Source: Ramazzottius varieornatus
Lineage: Eukaryota; Animalia; Tardigrada
Assembly: GCA_001949185.1 (NCBI GenBank)
Contig: BDGG01000019.1
Location: 411,770 to 475,769 of the forward strand
Reading direction: 5' to 3'
DNA: 64,000 nt
The position numbers were made by a program, and so were the translations under genes. The stretch's first letter is position 1, and every line of letters starts with the position of its first letter. The notes under the pieces were generated by a model. It was not told where the DNA came from. It saw nothing but the letters and a program-made list of their open reading frames with translations, and made no database searches. This document shows, one piece after another, positions 1 to 15,000 of this stretch.

Positions 1-1202
1 ATGCAACTCTCTCTCTTTCATGGCTTTGTACCAAGGCCACTGTAGACTGTAGAGATTGTAGGGTGTAGGTGTAGCCAGGAAGGCTCAACGACAAGGTTCA
101 GGCGAGTTCAAACGTTGGCATGGCAACTGCAGCTACGACTGTGCTTGCTCAACTAATGGCCACTGCTGTTTCCGCATAGATTTCCGCTGACAAGCCCACC
201 GTTGCATGATTTGCCTCGTAGCGGCAGAAAACAAAACCTGTCCCACCTGCACACTCTCTCCTTTCTATCCTACTCGAAAATGGCCAAAAATATTTTCCGT
301 GTGATCCTTGTGGTTAATTATCACAGCCAAGCTGTCATCAGCCGAGGCTTGTTGATATACGCGAGGTACGTCTTGGCAGTCTTCGCTGACGCAATCACGA
401 GTGAAAGGTGCATGAACTAATCACAATCATCATGAATTATGACTATAGCTGCGCATCTACCTGCCTTTCTCCTATAATCGTCCCTCCGACTTTTTCCCGC
501 CTTTGGCCATGCTAAATCAGATATAGTGAGGGAACCCTATATGTCTGTGTTTTGGCGGGCAAATTATGACCTTCAGGCACCCTACCAAGCTTTGACATTG
601 AAACAACCTCTATTGTCCTATTCTCCATATCGGACTATTTGCCCAACTGCTAGGTGGATATGTTCCCCTTATTGCGGCTGAGGGAGGATGGTACACAATG
701 GTTGGCCCATTTTTGAGCACGCAATAATAATCAAGGCATGTTGGGCAGCTGAGTAATCTGCCATTTAGAAAAGGGACTCGTGAAAGAGGCAGCTTCCGTA
801 GCGCCCTAATTTCTCCTGTTGCCCTGTCATTTGCCGAGTGGAGAATGTCAGGATAGGTTGCGGCAAACGTAGAAATGGGTCAACGTTGTGGGAGCGGGAT
901 TCAGCTATGCAATGTGTCGTCACCTGGCCGGTTCGGAACAGATAAACACCCGATAACCACCCCCGCTATTGCGTCATTAAAAGCCGGATGCGCTACATAC
1001 AGTACATCCAGCCGTAATCTTGGACCACTCCATCGCACCAAAATATGCGAATGTACCAAAACGGTAATCAGCCTGTGGATCTGCGCGAAAAAATATGAAG
1101 CCATCGTAGACTCTTCCTGGCTTAGCCAGATACTTTTCGCCTAAGTTAGCTGTTCGCCTCTCGGCAAAGCGGATCGTTCTTGGAAACTATACTGATGAAG
1201 TA

Positions 1203-1341
1203 CGGCGCAGAAAATGCATCCCTACTAGTGCAGATTTTTGATGGCTTCATTGAAGTTGTAAGTTACAGGCATGCTTTGTAGTCTTGTGGACACAACTGCT
1301 AGTGGAGAATTTGCACTAGTAGGGATGCATTATCTACACTG
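1203..1341. mobile_element. Tc1/mariner-type MITE
   Basis: Imperfect ~34-bp terminal inverted repeats (core ATGCATCCCTACTAGTGCA / TGCACTAGTAGGGATGCAT), TA on both flanks, no ORF. Confidence 0.7.
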
Positions 1342-4300
1342 TAGGCCCAAAGTCTCTTGACCATTGCATTTTGAGGCATACGCAATTTCCGTCTCGGTGA
1401 CTTTCGGAGAGCGTTTCGTTGTTTGAGGATTACTGTACGTTCATAGTGTACGCAGACTATAGATCCTATATTCTATAAGATTTGACCATGGTGGGATTTC
1501 TTACCGTGTTTCGAGCATCAGAAGCGTAAGAGGTAAAAGGAGTATCCTCAGTCGAGCGAACAGGAAAGTATGGGACAGTCGGGCTCCGATGAGTGTACAC
1601 GTCTACGGACAAAAGGGGAACAAGTAAAAGAGCCGGCAGCAGTTCCTGACGGTTGATAAAAAGTGAACGTTGAACTGATGGCGTTGTCGCAATATCTTCT
1701 TCCGTGACAGCAGAGAAAGAACTAGACATAAAATGCAAATAAAAATTCTGGGCATATGCTAAGTTGCGTTCACATATGCCAGGGACCTTCGCGCCTGCGA
1801 TATCCGAGCTGACAACAGAAGACTAAATTATAAAGGCGCCCAACCGGCAATATCTATACCCGTGCTTCTTCTCTGTAAATGCATGGACATACATACAACT
1901 TTTTCAATATACAGCCTGTCGGCAAAAGTTGTGTAACGATTGCGAAGGTTAATGCCCGCGCAGTTCTTCAACGCAGTATGTCTCTGGAAGAGACCTTCAC
2001 AGTGTACCAACTTAGGCAGTTAATCTGCAGAAAAGGCCTATCTACCGCTGCCAACTGTACGCAACACCAAAGCCTGTCTATGATGTACAGAAACGCTGAT
2101 GGCTGGGAATCACGTGCCCAAGCATTGCACGGCCTGTCGCAGGTTCAAACGTTGCTATGGGGATCTCGATGAGCTCCGCAAACACCGCCGCGCAACCATT
2201 GTGGAACCCGACGACAGTACGACACTTTGCTACTTCCGCGCCGCCATACCAGTGGGCCGAAACCTGCGCAAAAATTCCCAGGCCCAGGGGACACTACGGC
2301 TAGTGGACATCCAACTGTTCAGAAGAAGTATGAATCCGCCCTCTCCGTGATCTGATATTTTCTTTCAAGTGATTTTGACTTTAAGACTACTGAGGACTGG
2401 TAACTGCAATGGTAATCCTGATCAGCACGAGAGGAACCGTAAGTTTGGGAAAGCGAAGAACCGTTGTGCCACAGTAGCGGGTTCAATCAAGCGTTCAAAG
2501 CGTACTTGTGTACAGTACAGAGGTTATCTTGTCAGGATGGCTTCTTTTGGGTTTCCATGGAGCTCATAGGACAACGGTTGCATTTGCGGACATTCGACTC
2601 GTGCTTGTTGCATAAACCAAGGACGTACTTGCTCAGAACTTGCTTCCACTGTGCGCAACCTTGATGTCAGATTGGATTGCCAACAGGGAAAGGACCTCTA
2701 GACTGCTGAAAACCGTGCAACGTTCACTTCGTCGTACAGTGGCGCTCGTAGTATACACTGTGTAAATTTGTGACAGGCTCAGTACGTCAGACGCGATGAC
2801 AGTCAATTTTCAGAGTTTTGAGAAGTACCCTACGCTATTTTTGATACTAGAAAGAACCCTGGTTGCGGGTTATCTGCGGGTGAAAATAAACCAGCGGGCC
2901 TTGCCAGACCTAAAGGTGAGACATTTTATGGTCCGATCAGATGTCAAGTGTATTTTGGACGTTGAGTATAACATCAGTAGCAGGTGCATAAGGTGACCGA
3001 TAAGAAGAGACCGCGGGAAACCGTCAAGCGTAGCGCCAAAGTTGTACCGCCCTTTCCTTTGTTTTCAAATCTATGCGGAAGCACGACTGCTCTGTGCCGA
3101 AAGACAAAACAAGAAATAACCGGGATGTAATCGTGTTCTAGTGCAATCGGTCATGTACATTACAGCTAAAGAACAGGGTACAATGGCTCTTTTCCGACAA
3201 TTCTCCTTGTCTGTTCCCCAAAGTCCGCCGTTTTTCTGCGAATGTTCTACCGGTATTTTGCGGGCTTCTCGGCCAGTGGCGCACTGGCGCCCAAAAAAAG
3301 CTGTAAAAAAGCACTGGTATTGACAGTCCGAGCATTCCGCTTTTCAGCATTCCACTCGTAAGTGGCTTTACGCCACGAACCTCATGCTACAGTACGTCAA
3401 GTAGATGGCTACGAGGTAGAGTTCAGTCAACCACGCTGGACAAAGTCCGAATGCAGTAGCAGATGTCTGATGATGTCTGGTCGCTTATGGCTTCCAACGA
3501 TAGTTCATCATTCCCCGTGGTCGTTGAAGTATGAAAGTGAACATTTTTATGTAATCTATGCGTCGCTTTCGATAACGTTGCATGGTCCAACGCATACCTT
3601 GTGTGAGCTATCTTGAGCCTTGCATTTTCACCTCGTAAAGTGACGTGAATGTACCAGGAAATGATGAGCACCCGAGGTCGTTTCTGTGATGTTATCATCG
3701 GCAAACTACATCGAAGAAACTGAGATTTTGGCGCTGAAGGTCGACGGCATTCCTTTTGGGCACATACTCAGATTAATGACCGCGCTGAAGGAAGAACCAT
3801 ACAGGTTTCAGTACACTGTGTACTGAAAGTTTCTCCATCTGCTGGCTAAACATTCAGTATTTGCAAGTTCGGCAAATGGATTTGAGCTGATCGTTTTCCC
3901 AAGAGGCGCAAAACCCCAGCAAATACCAGCGGAAACATGCGCCATTCGCGCACACAAGTGCGAGCAGATCGTCTTCCAAGTGGCGCAAGCCTCGGTACAT
4001 TGGTTAGAAGTAAAGGCTTGCGCCACCTGGGAAACGCTTTGTTCGAGTTTGTTTGGCGCTTCCGTTTTCAGCTAATTCGATGTTAATTATTTCGTGCTGA
4101 ATTTACAATAGGAGCCATTGAAGATCGAAGGTTGCAGTTCGAGCTCTTGAGATACAGCGCGAAAGAGTAAAACTTTTTCGGTGAGGTGAATCACGATATT
4201 AAAATCCATCTTAATGATTTCACCCAGAGTAAGCCGGCTATTGAGACAAGTGTCAAATGAGTGGGGAACTTTTCTAGCCGAATATGACCTGCATATGTTT

Positions 4301-5649
4301 CAGGTGCTGACAGGGCTTCCGGCATGGGGGACCTGCGCATGCGCGGTTTCCGGGAATAATGCACTACATAATAGACGTCGAAGATTAAAGATGAGTTCAA
4401 CAGCTGAGGAAAAAAACGTCTGTGACGGAAATGTCAGTGGGATTATCGCGTCAGCGGGACCAGGTTCCCTCTTTTGAGCGTGACAGACCTTGACGCCGGT
4501 GCTTAACAGCTGGTCTTCAAGTCTCGCTCGGTACGAGTAAACCTCCGGCCAGAATGGCGTCAATTAATATTGCCGCCTCTCACAGCCCATCAGCTTCTAG
4601 CTCTTCTTCACAAATGGTCGTGACCAAACTCAGAAGATGATGAAATCCCGGCAGACAAGCTCGACTGGATCGTTTTTGTTTGGGGCGCACGCTGGCCGCT
4701 GATAAACCTGCGCCACTTCACAAAAACCGACCAACTTGACAAGATCGTTTATTCGAAGTGGCGTTTTACTCCATAAAGCAAGTCTTCTTGCCGAGAATAT
4801 ACTCGAATGATGATAAAGAACACTCTGCGCAACCAGGTAACATCGATCGTTTATCAACGATGTTGTTTCAAATAGGATTTTTTTTGTGATGCTGGAAAAC
4901 TGTTCTTCGCTGGATTTTCTTGCGCTATTTTGATGGCGTGTGGAGAATGCATGCTTGGCATTACCTCATTTGTTCCACAGTAATTACGGTCATGGTTGCG
5001 GCAGGCGCACAAACTGGTGAAAAACGTGTGAGAGCAGTGATGTGGAAGAGCAGCACTGCGTAGGAAGGAGTGTACGGGCGAGCGTTGACGCGGCATCCAT
5101 GGCAACGATCAACGCACTCTGTGCAGTCATGGTCAGTTACGTAAACGACGTTGAGAGAACAAGAGCGAAAGCAGGCAAGTACCCTAGCTAGCGACCTTGG
5201 CTGACTACCAGGAAGTACTTGGAGGCAGTACTGCAACGGTTATTGCATCGTTCTCGGTGTCAGAGCAGTTTTTGACGGCTTTGCAGCTTCCGTCATGGCA
5301 TGTCATACTGCATCAATCTCGCCGGCTGGGACGTTTTACCAGCGAAAGTAAATGCGGATTAGCGTACGACAACTTGACAAACAGCAACATCTGTAGTGCT
5401 GGAAATCACTCTCCTGAATCCAAGTGTAACCAAAACGCTTAGGAAATTTTGGAGGCATCCTTCCTGCTTCACGCTTTTAGATGAACGAAAATATTTCATA
5501 TTGCACACAGAGAAAATTCGACATTTAGAGCCAGTAAATCATTTTGAGAGGAACGTTTAAGCGGCTGTAGTTTTTCTCTTGAAAATATGTTTTTTTATGC
5601 CGCGTAATGTTGATAGTGTCTGGGTATGGAATGAATGTTAAAGAACCTA

Positions 5650-8600
5650 CTATAGACGATGTTCTTTTTCTCGGAAATGATTCTGCCCTTCGGAGCGGAC
5701 TTCTTCCTCTTCAGGGGACTCGATCACATCTTCCAAGCCAGGGCGTGGCACCGGCGACTGTGGCGCCAGTCCGTTGGTGTAAGCGTGGAGAATGCCGTTG
5801 CTGTTACCGTCCACAATGCTCTGCAAAAACACAGTATGAGATATGCCATCAGCGACATCAAATGCCGATTTCGCTCCAGCCAATTACCAATTAAAATTTA
5901 CTGAATGCAGTAAAAACAGAATTTCGCTCGTGCATGCATAGGACACGAAATTTTAGGCCTCTTGGGCATAATTTCAATTCCTCCTGATGTACCAACGTAG
6001 CTCACCTAATAACTGCAATTACTCACTCCCCCACTTGCAACGGCCAGATTTTCTACGTTATTCTCAATATAATCCTGCTCGCTTGCACTGCTTACGGTAA
6101 TATCTTGATAGCGTCGTTTTCAAATCTGTCAGGTGTTCCAAATGCCCCTAGTCTAGTCAACTTACCAGTTTGGTATGAGTGGAAGGCTTTTGAAACTTAT
6201 GCGAGTTGACAGCGTACAGCACGGCATCGTGGACCGTCACGAACACCTGGAACTCCTTGATGAAGTCATTCGCTCCACACTGATACAACGCATCCCGAAC
6301 CGGTTCTACAAAGCGCAAAGCCACATTGTGACGAGGTGGAATTTCAAAGCAATAATTTAGCCACAAAATGAAATAAAACACAAGTCTTACTGTTGGTGCA
6401 GGCCAGAAGTAACTCTACGCCAATACTCTCACATTCACTCTGAATACGCTTGAAGAAACCAACCGCCGTCACATCGACGAAACAAATCTCTGAGCAGTCG
6501 ACAATGATGTGTTTAATCGGCTGGTCCTGTCCTTCTCCCAGGATGCCTTCCTGTTCGAAGACCCGTCGTTGGGTGTTGTGCAGTTCCTCCATACTAATGG
6601 TGGGGGCGCCACGGTAGCGAGAGGAACCCTTGGTGCCGTCTTCGTCGTCGCTGTCGCCCAGTTCCAAGTTCAGGGCGTAAGCATACTTGTTCTGGTCGTC
6701 CGGGGCAACGTCGAAGGAGGCCGGGGTGATGAGTTCCTTGACGGGGTGTTCTTCGCGCCATTTAGCGATGAGGTTGTTGAGGTCGGCTAGTTGGTAGATC
6801 CGACCTTGGATGTAGGCGACGTTGGCAAAGTAGATGGGAGAATCAATTCGGACAATCTTCACACCAGGAACTTCAATTGCCTAAATGCAAAAAGGGGGAA
6901 GTTAAAACTTGAACGAGAAACAAGGTTAACTCACATATCAGCAAAAGAAGCGCGTTTATCATCGCTGTGCCACTTAGTGGCGCACGTATTCATTATTACT
7001 AGCTGTAAAAGTTCGTCACCCAACTTAGCGATCCGATTTTGTGTACCGATACAGGTGAAGCTATGGCAATCCTGCTGCGCTTACCGTTTTGTATACGTCG
7101 GTTCGGCGGTAAATATCCGTACCGGGAAGTCTGCCCAGTGCGCCAATCTTCGGCTTCTGTAGGCGCAACATGATGGTGATGATGGCCCAGCCAACGCCCA
7201 AACCCAGACCGATATCCACATCCAGGATTAGCACGCCCAAGAACACCACCAGGAAAATGGACTGCGCAACACACGGGGAAACATGATCTAGCTGCATTCC
7301 GTTCAATTCACATGTCGAGACAGTGAGGAAAGACATACCCAGTCGTATAAGGACAGCTTCCACAGCCTTCCCAACTGCAGCACCTGCGCCAGCAAGTGAA
7401 AGACAGAAACCATAACGATGGCTCCCAGCACGGGTTTCGGCAATGGCTCTAAGAACTTCCCCAGCGCAAGTAGGACTACCAAATACCAATTTGGAAATTA
7501 GTTCCTGTGATATTACCGTTTTGGTTTACCAAGATGTTGAAATGACGGACTAACCGATGAGGACGATACAACACTGGACGACACTGACGATCTGAGTCTT
7601 TCCACCAACGTCGTTCTGTAGGGAAAAGAAACCATTCCAGTGACGATCCACAATGCCGGCTGCCCGTTTCCGAAATCGTTGCGAGTGAAGGAGAAACCCA
7701 CCTGGACAGCACTACGAGCCAGCGAAGCACCCGATGGAAAGCACTGGAAGAACGAGCCAAAGATATTGCCGATGCCTTGAGCTTTGAACTCTTGGTTGGG
7801 ATCGATCCTGTAACCGTGCTTGGACGCGAACAACATACCTGAAACATATGCATTCATTAAACAATCGACTTTCGTTCAATGTTCTATTTTACAATGACAG
7901 TATGGAAAATTTCCCCATTTGGGACATCGACAAAAGAATCCACTCAGACTGCTTCCCCCAGCGGCGCAAGCTCTCAGCCAATACCACTGAAAACGCGCGC
8001 CGCTTGGGAAAGCAAACTCGGTAAAATCATTTTGTACGTGGCGCGCGATCTCAGTCAGTAGTACTGGTATAGTGCGTCACTTGAAACGACGATCTAGGCT
8101 GCTTCATTTTTCTTTTTTGTCAAAGTGTGCTGCTGAAAATTTTTCAGTTAAAACCTAGAAACCCCACCAAGAGTGACAGTAATAGCCAGTCCGACGATGG
8201 CGTTTGAGAACGTATCCCCGATGATGTCAGGCAAGACCCCGAAGTCCGGCAACGTCGCTGGTGGAAGACCCATGGGAATCTTTTTAAGGATGCTGACATG
8301 GTAGTTATTCTCCAGGTCCATCTCGTAGGACGCGAGAGTACCGAAAATCACCACCACCAGTTCGGCGGGCAGCGGCACACGCAACTTGCGCATAATGCGT
8401 TTATTATCGTTGATGCCGATTTTGACGATAAGGAGGAAGACCAGACAGATGATACCGACTACGAGGGTGGGAATGTGGGTCTGCTTGATTAGCGAGAAGA
8501 ACTGTATCCATGTCTTGATCAACTTGAAGGAGCCGTAAAACTCCGTCATGGGCAGCTTGAAAACGGACTTCAGTTGGGAAGAGAAGACGTGGAAAGCGGC

Positions 8601-11167
8601 ACCACAGGTAAATCTGCAAGCAAAGTAGGAAGATAACAACCATTATAAGTTCATAACCAACTACCCGCATAGCATCTCGTTCCACGCTCAATCAGCATGC
8701 TTTGACCATTACTTCCTTTACCAGGACCAAAATTTAGAGAAGGAAGCTTTTGCAGTTCTCGTCGATAGTTTTAGGAATCCATTTCGATCAGAATACGAAA
8801 ACAGTTCCGAGTAGGATATATGAATAGTTGTAGTGTGTAGGTGCTTGGAAAACAAACGCGACAGGACAGTTTTCCCGAGTGACGCACCTTTTAGCGTGTT
8901 TTCTCCGAGGTCACACTTTAGGACACGACCTCGGGAAACAAAAGAAAATTTTTTTGCAGTTTCATGCCAAAAATATATCTAACGAATCCGTTAGATATGT
9001 TTTTGGCTCATAAGTTTCGCAAGTTTCGTGAGACGGGCTTCTGCGACTTTCACACGAACTTGCACACATGAATACGCAAGACTCATTGTCTGAACATACC
9101 CTTGGACAAGTTGATCGGAAAAGTAGACGGACATGCCACCAGCACCGATGAGACCGAGGATCAGCTGCCAAATCCCCACGAAGAGAGCCGCCGTCGACCC
9201 AACTTGTATTGCACCCCATTCGCCCCTCGTGAAGGCGCTGCCGTTGATGATCTCATGAAACTCAGGGTTGGTGTACTTGGTTCCGTTGGGGAACGTCAGT
9301 TTCTCAGGGTAGGGGTTAGCGTTGAGGACCATGCGGCTCGTCATCATACTAGTGATGGAGAAGGTACCTGTATGCAGGACATTTTTCCATCATATTTTGC
9401 TGTTTTGCCAACTTCAAGAAACTGTGGCTATTCGGTTTTTCTTACCGATAGAACACTGCCGACTGGTTCCCATCAGGAAGTAAACGATAATTGGAAAAAA
9501 CTGTAAAAAGTACAACGTTGTCGTCAGTATTGGTTATGGGGCTCCGCTATTTTTTTCAGATCTCGCCTCTTTTGTATGAAATGGATATTTTTATCGTCGT
9601 GACTCGTTGTACGACCTGCGACTACCTTCTATCCTTGTAGTGCCCACCACATTCCCTTTTACTGGGTACACTGCTTTTCACAGTGCGCTTTGGCTAGATG
9701 CACCGCCTGGACACGGTCTTCAGAACGCAGTGTTTCTAAAGGTTGTCGGCGCACGGAAGCAGGCATTTTTTACGGAGTATAAGGACGTGTCGTATAATAG
9801 ACGACAAACTTTCCAGGACCCGGGAGTGAAGTGCCGAGCTAATCTTATTGTCCTTTGGACTTACTTCGTGTTCGCCATCTTTCATACGAAGAAGACCACC
9901 ACACGAAATCGAAGTCGTAGTGGCTCTCTGCTTCAACACTATCACGGTATAATCTCACTCTTTAGCTACCACTTTGAATATGAAATATTCTAGTCCGTAA
10001 AAAAATGACGGCTTCCGAAATCACTACGCTCTGAAAGTCGTATCCAAACCTTGCCCCTAGCCAAAAAGCAGTGCACTTGGCATTAACTGTAAGGGAACGT
10101 GACGGGCAGTGCACAGAGAAAAGACAGTGCCTCGAACCATTTCTCATTTAATTCAAAACTGGCAAGAAACAATTACCGAAGTGTACAAGCCGGTGACTGG
10201 AGGGCTACAGAAAACAATCAGGTTACTACCGAATTATGTTATCTGATTCTATGTACCACGCCGCAAAGCAATGTTCAAGGAACATACCATGCGGCCAAGA
10301 GAGCGTAAGCCATCCCTGAAACAGCAAACTTAGATTATGCTTCCTGTGCGATAGAATCTTCCTCTAGTTCGAACGTTTAAGAAGTGACGCACGCTTCCAG
10401 TCAATATTACCGAATACGTGCGCCACATGGGAAAACAATCTGGTCGAGTTTATTTGCCCCGCTCCCAGTCACACATTTAGCGTACCTTGAGGAACGTTGA
10501 GAACTCCGACGGTAATCCCTAAGAGGGTGACCTCAGTTAGTTTCAGTGGCACATAATGAGTTTCGGACTATGGCACCCTGAGACGGGAAATTTGATGAGA
10601 AAGGCTCACCGGCAATGAAGTCGGTGATGAGGTACCCGCGAATATTGTAGGTCCGAATCCAACCGATGAAGGGGATCCATCGGACCAGACCGCGGTAAAA
10701 GGAGCTTGCGTTACATCGCTTGCTTCTGGCCTTGTTGACTGTCCGACGTCCGTAGCTCTTGATGGATTCCCAAGGCGTCAATGGGGGACCCGGATCACAC
10801 AGCCCGTACGTCGCGTCGAAACTGGAACCATCAGAAATATCGTGGGAAAAACCGATTTTGGAATGTCACGGCTCAGTAAATCTTCGGTTTCTACTCGCAT
10901 TAAAAACTCAATGGAGATTCTGCTTTGAACGACGAAATGATCATAAAATATTTTTTCCAAATTGCTATATTTGACTTTTCCACGAAACACTGCGCTGATT
11001 CTTTTGACGTAATTGGTTCGAAAAATTCCTAAAGTGAACTACGTAATGTACCTGGTTTGATCGTAGACAGCTCGTGAAACGCGAAGCCTGGCCGGCCCAT
11101 TCTGCTTTCCCTCCACATGAAAGTCGCCCACAGAGTAAGTTACAGTAGGGTCACTTGCGAAAGGCAT
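5650..11167 (-). CDS. SLC26/SulP anion transporter paralog 1 (multi-exon, STAS domain)
   Basis: Spliced translation MPFASDPT...DFIAG|[10 protein letters not shown]|[19 protein letters not shown]|FFP...GTSRQCSIG...[10 protein letters not shown]...PIYFAN...[13 protein letters not shown]...[11 protein letters not shown]. Probable last exon 5820-5650 ends EHRL*. Canonical splice sites with matching phases. Confidence 0.93.
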
Positions 11168-12055
11168 CTTGTCCAGTTGAAAAGCAGATACCACAGCGAA
11201 ACCACAGCGTTATGCTGGGTCCAATAAGAATTCTCGTAACGAAGCCTTACCACATTGGGAGGTTTCTGAGTTTCTGTTATCCGTCGTATAGAAAACAAAC
11301 AACAAGAATACTTCCTACTGACGAGAATTCCGCTGGCTCGACGCCCAAAATATGAAAATCCATCACATGCTACTTGGTTTGTTGCAACAATAACCATATC
11401 ACGCTAAGGTGAGTTTTCCAAAAATTGGTGATAATTCTCGGGAGAATATCAAAAGAAAAGTATGTTTATGAGCACAATCGAACGATCGAAGCCTCCGAGC
11501 CAAATTGTTTTCGTCGCCGCATACTAGTTTTACCACTTTATCACAGAAGGTGGCTGTGATGAAGCGATGAAGTGCCTCGTTATTGTCGCTCGAAAAGTGA
11601 GAAAAGAGCAAAGCGGATCTTTGCTCATGGCGCTACCTCAGGTACGGATGTATTCATACCACTTTGGTTGTTCAGACAGATTTCTTTCGCTATGTAATAG
11701 CAAGAGCCCAGACTTCTTTTGTCTTTTCTTAGACAATGCGGATTTAGCGTCACCCTTATTACGAGGAATACGAGTGAACAGGCAGGCCGATACATTCAGT
11801 CCGACAATCAACTTAACTGCGAACCTTCAGTATCCGAAGAACTTCAAGCTCGATTGTTTTACGGGAAGGCATAAAAACATCGAGACCCTGAATATATGAA
11901 ACAGTGAGTTTTGTGACCGTAGCTGTAAAGTGTGGAGCTAATTGAACAATAAAAAGGTATAACTTCGAAGAAATAAAAGTAACTGACGATGAGACACCGA
12001 GCTTGCTGATTGTTGAAGACCTCAACGTGGAATTTACAGTAGAAAACTGCCGGTC

Positions 12056-15000
12056 TCAGAATTTCTTGTCCGCATCCAGTTTCTCGATCATTTCTTGGCA
12101 AGATGGATTCACCTATCAATACATAAGATAAGGTCCTTGCGACTAGGTACTGTTCTTTCGGAGAAGACAGACGCTGAAGCACGCATACCTCGATAGAAGG
12201 TCTTCTACGCTTCCCAGCCCTGGCCTGCATGTTGAAAGCATACAGTACCGCATCATGAACCGTCACGAACATCTGATGCGGCTGAACGTACTCCAACGCT
12301 CGACAAATTTCCAGCATATTCCGAACCGCATCTAAAACCACGAAAACACATCAGCAAGTCAACTTGAAACGAGGGCAAATGAATCAGACCAGATCCTATC
12401 CCCCAGTGGCGCACACTTCCAACTGATGACAACAGGAAGGTGCGCCACTTGTGACGTGATCTGGCTCAATTCATCTGCCCACGTCTCATTTCAGAACTGG
12501 AATCGGAAGTCTGATTTCTTCATACTGTTTGTATTGGCCAGCAATAGTTCCACGCCAATCTCTTTACATTCCGAGCAGGTCTTCTTGATGAAAGACACGC
12601 CCGTCACATCGACAAAGCACACTTCAGAGCAGTCTAGCACGACGTGGTACTCGGGTATTCCACTGCCTTCTTCCTTCGTTCCCAGCTCCAGCTCGTCCTG
12701 ATCCTTCAAGCTCATGCGATCCACCCTCCGACCTACCGACTGTCGGTCTAACGTGCCGTGTTCCTTCTCCGGCTTGTATTGGGCCACGTCGGTCTGGGGC
12801 TCTTCATCGTCCTCGATGGCCAGGGTGTTGGTGAAGGCATACTTCTGGGCACTGGAGGCCTCCTCAACGTCGTCGGTGTGCTCTTGGAGCTTCTTGATGG
12901 CATCGTTGAGCCCGGCCAGGTTGTACAGACGGGTCTTGATGTAGGCGGCGTTGGCGAAGTAGATAGGCGCGTCGACACGAACAATGCGGACATTGGGGAC
13001 TTGGCAAGCCTAAGCGAAAACACAACTTATCAACGGCGGAAAAAATGCTGTGCGATGCACTTCAGGAACATCGGACTGAAAACATTAGGGACATAGTCGA
13101 ATGAATCCGCCCAGATCGTTCTTTCAAGTGGCGCGCTCTTTAAGCCAGTAACTGCAGAAACGTGCGCCAATTGGAAAGCAAGCCTGACGTGAGAAGATTG
13201 GTTTCCCAAGTGGCGCACGCTCTCAGTCACTAACGAAGAGACCGTGCGCCACCAGAGATAACGATCTGGATACATTCGTCTGGTGACGCTCCACTTGGAG
13301 AATCGGATGACAAACACTCGAAACTGTCATGCACAAAACATCATCCGTGTTTTGAAAATGGTATCAAGTGGGCAGGACAATCTGAAGGCTTTTTACCGTT
13401 GTGTAGACATCGACAGGTTTGTAGAGGTCGGTCCCCGGCATGCGACCCATCCCACGGACTTTAGGCTTCTGCAGCCGGAACATGACGGTCATGATGGCGT
13501 AAGCCACACCAATGCCGACACCGATGTCCACATCAAGAATCAATACTGCCAGGAACACCACCAAAAAGATCGTCTGAAACAATGCAATCCCACTAAGTCA
13601 GCGTTTACTCATTACGTACGGCAATACAGTATCTGTTCTGATCAGTTTCCTATAGGAAATCTGGGGAAGACACTTCATCATTTTTCCATGGTATTTCCTT
13701 GGTGCTATGCTCTGGTTCGTTCAAAGTCTGCTTACCCAGTCAACGAAAGAAATTTTCCACAAGTGGTAAAGCTCAGCCACTTGTTCCAGCAAGTGGAACA
13801 GCGAGACCATAACAATGGCTCCCAACACCGGACGCGGAAGTGGTTCCAACAGAGGACCCAGCGCCAGTATGACGATCAGGACGATCGTACACTGGACCAA
13901 GCTCACAATCTACAGTACAACCCACACTTCCCATCACCTTCAGTTTTTGTGCAGTACCGGTCGAGAAGGGAGGAGAGTACCTGTGTGCGGCCTCCACTGT
14001 CATCTTGGACAGCACTACGGGCCAACGAAGCTCCCGAAGGAAAGCACTGGAAGAAGCCACCGACAATGTTGCCGACGGCAAGAGCTTTGAACTCTTGGTT
14101 GGGCGAAACGCTGTAGTTGTGCTTGGAGGCGAAGAGCATGCCGAGAGTGACCGTGATGGCGAAGGTGACTGAAAAGGAAAAAGTCCGAAGTGATAAGTGA
14201 GGACAGAGGAAAGAAGGAAGGACGGGGACGGACTTACCGATGGCCAAAGCGAAGGTGTCGCCGATGATGTTGGGCATGACGGACCAGTCCGGCATGGTGG
14301 CCGGTGGCATTCCGCGAGGGACGTGCTTGACAATGGTAACGTTAAACGTTTTTTCAAAGTTGAAGGAGTAAGAAACAGCTGCTCCGATGATAACCTACGA
14401 AGAAGAAAAAAGACACTTGAAAACAAACTGTGAAAAAATGTCATGTGTAGTCCACGTAGTATCCCTTTGCTAATGACACATGAACGATTCAAATTGAGAC
14501 GAGCACGGTAAAGGGAACAGTATAGGGTGGTACATCGGGAGTACAAGACTTTTTCCGGCTCTCATTGTTTTTAATTCGGGAGATGTCAACCTGGTCAAAT
14601 CTTTGATATTTGAAACGTCGACAAATGAACTGAACACGATTGTCATCTAAAGTGGCGCAATTTTCTATTGTCAACGACCAGAAGAGTGCGCCATTTGCGG
14701 AAACGATCATGTTTAAGTCTTTTGCGGCCGCCGCCCATTCACCAGACTTTCGGTATTAGAGCGAACACAGTTCCTTCTATACTGAAGCATCTGCGTCATA
14801 CGGCTGAGACTTACAACGACGAGTTCAGCTGGGATGGGAACACGAAGAAACCTCTTGATCTTTGCATTGGTGTTCAGGAAGTATTTGATGATGATCAGGA
14901 TGACTGCAGTTACGAAAGCGATGACGATGGCAGCTGGGCGTGCTTGGTCGATCACTTTGAAGAACGTCACATACGACTATAAACACAAAACGATACTTCA

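Noticed and set aside
1-5600. Numerous 60-97 aa ORFs, some Cys-rich (1879-2664, 4300-4857)
   Set aside because: No recognisable motif or consistent exon chain. They may be decayed genes or TEs but cannot be supported.
6023-6074. Alternative last exon [16 protein letters not shown] for SLC26 paralog 1
   Set aside because: Weak acceptor. The 5820-5650 exon has a much stronger polypyrimidine acceptor in the right phase. Not excluded as a minor isoform.
13283-14116. 277-aa + strand ORF (and similar antisense ORFs at 28888-29364, 46019-46444, 34347-34874)
   Set aside because: Antisense shadows of real exons on the other strand, with no recognisable protein features.
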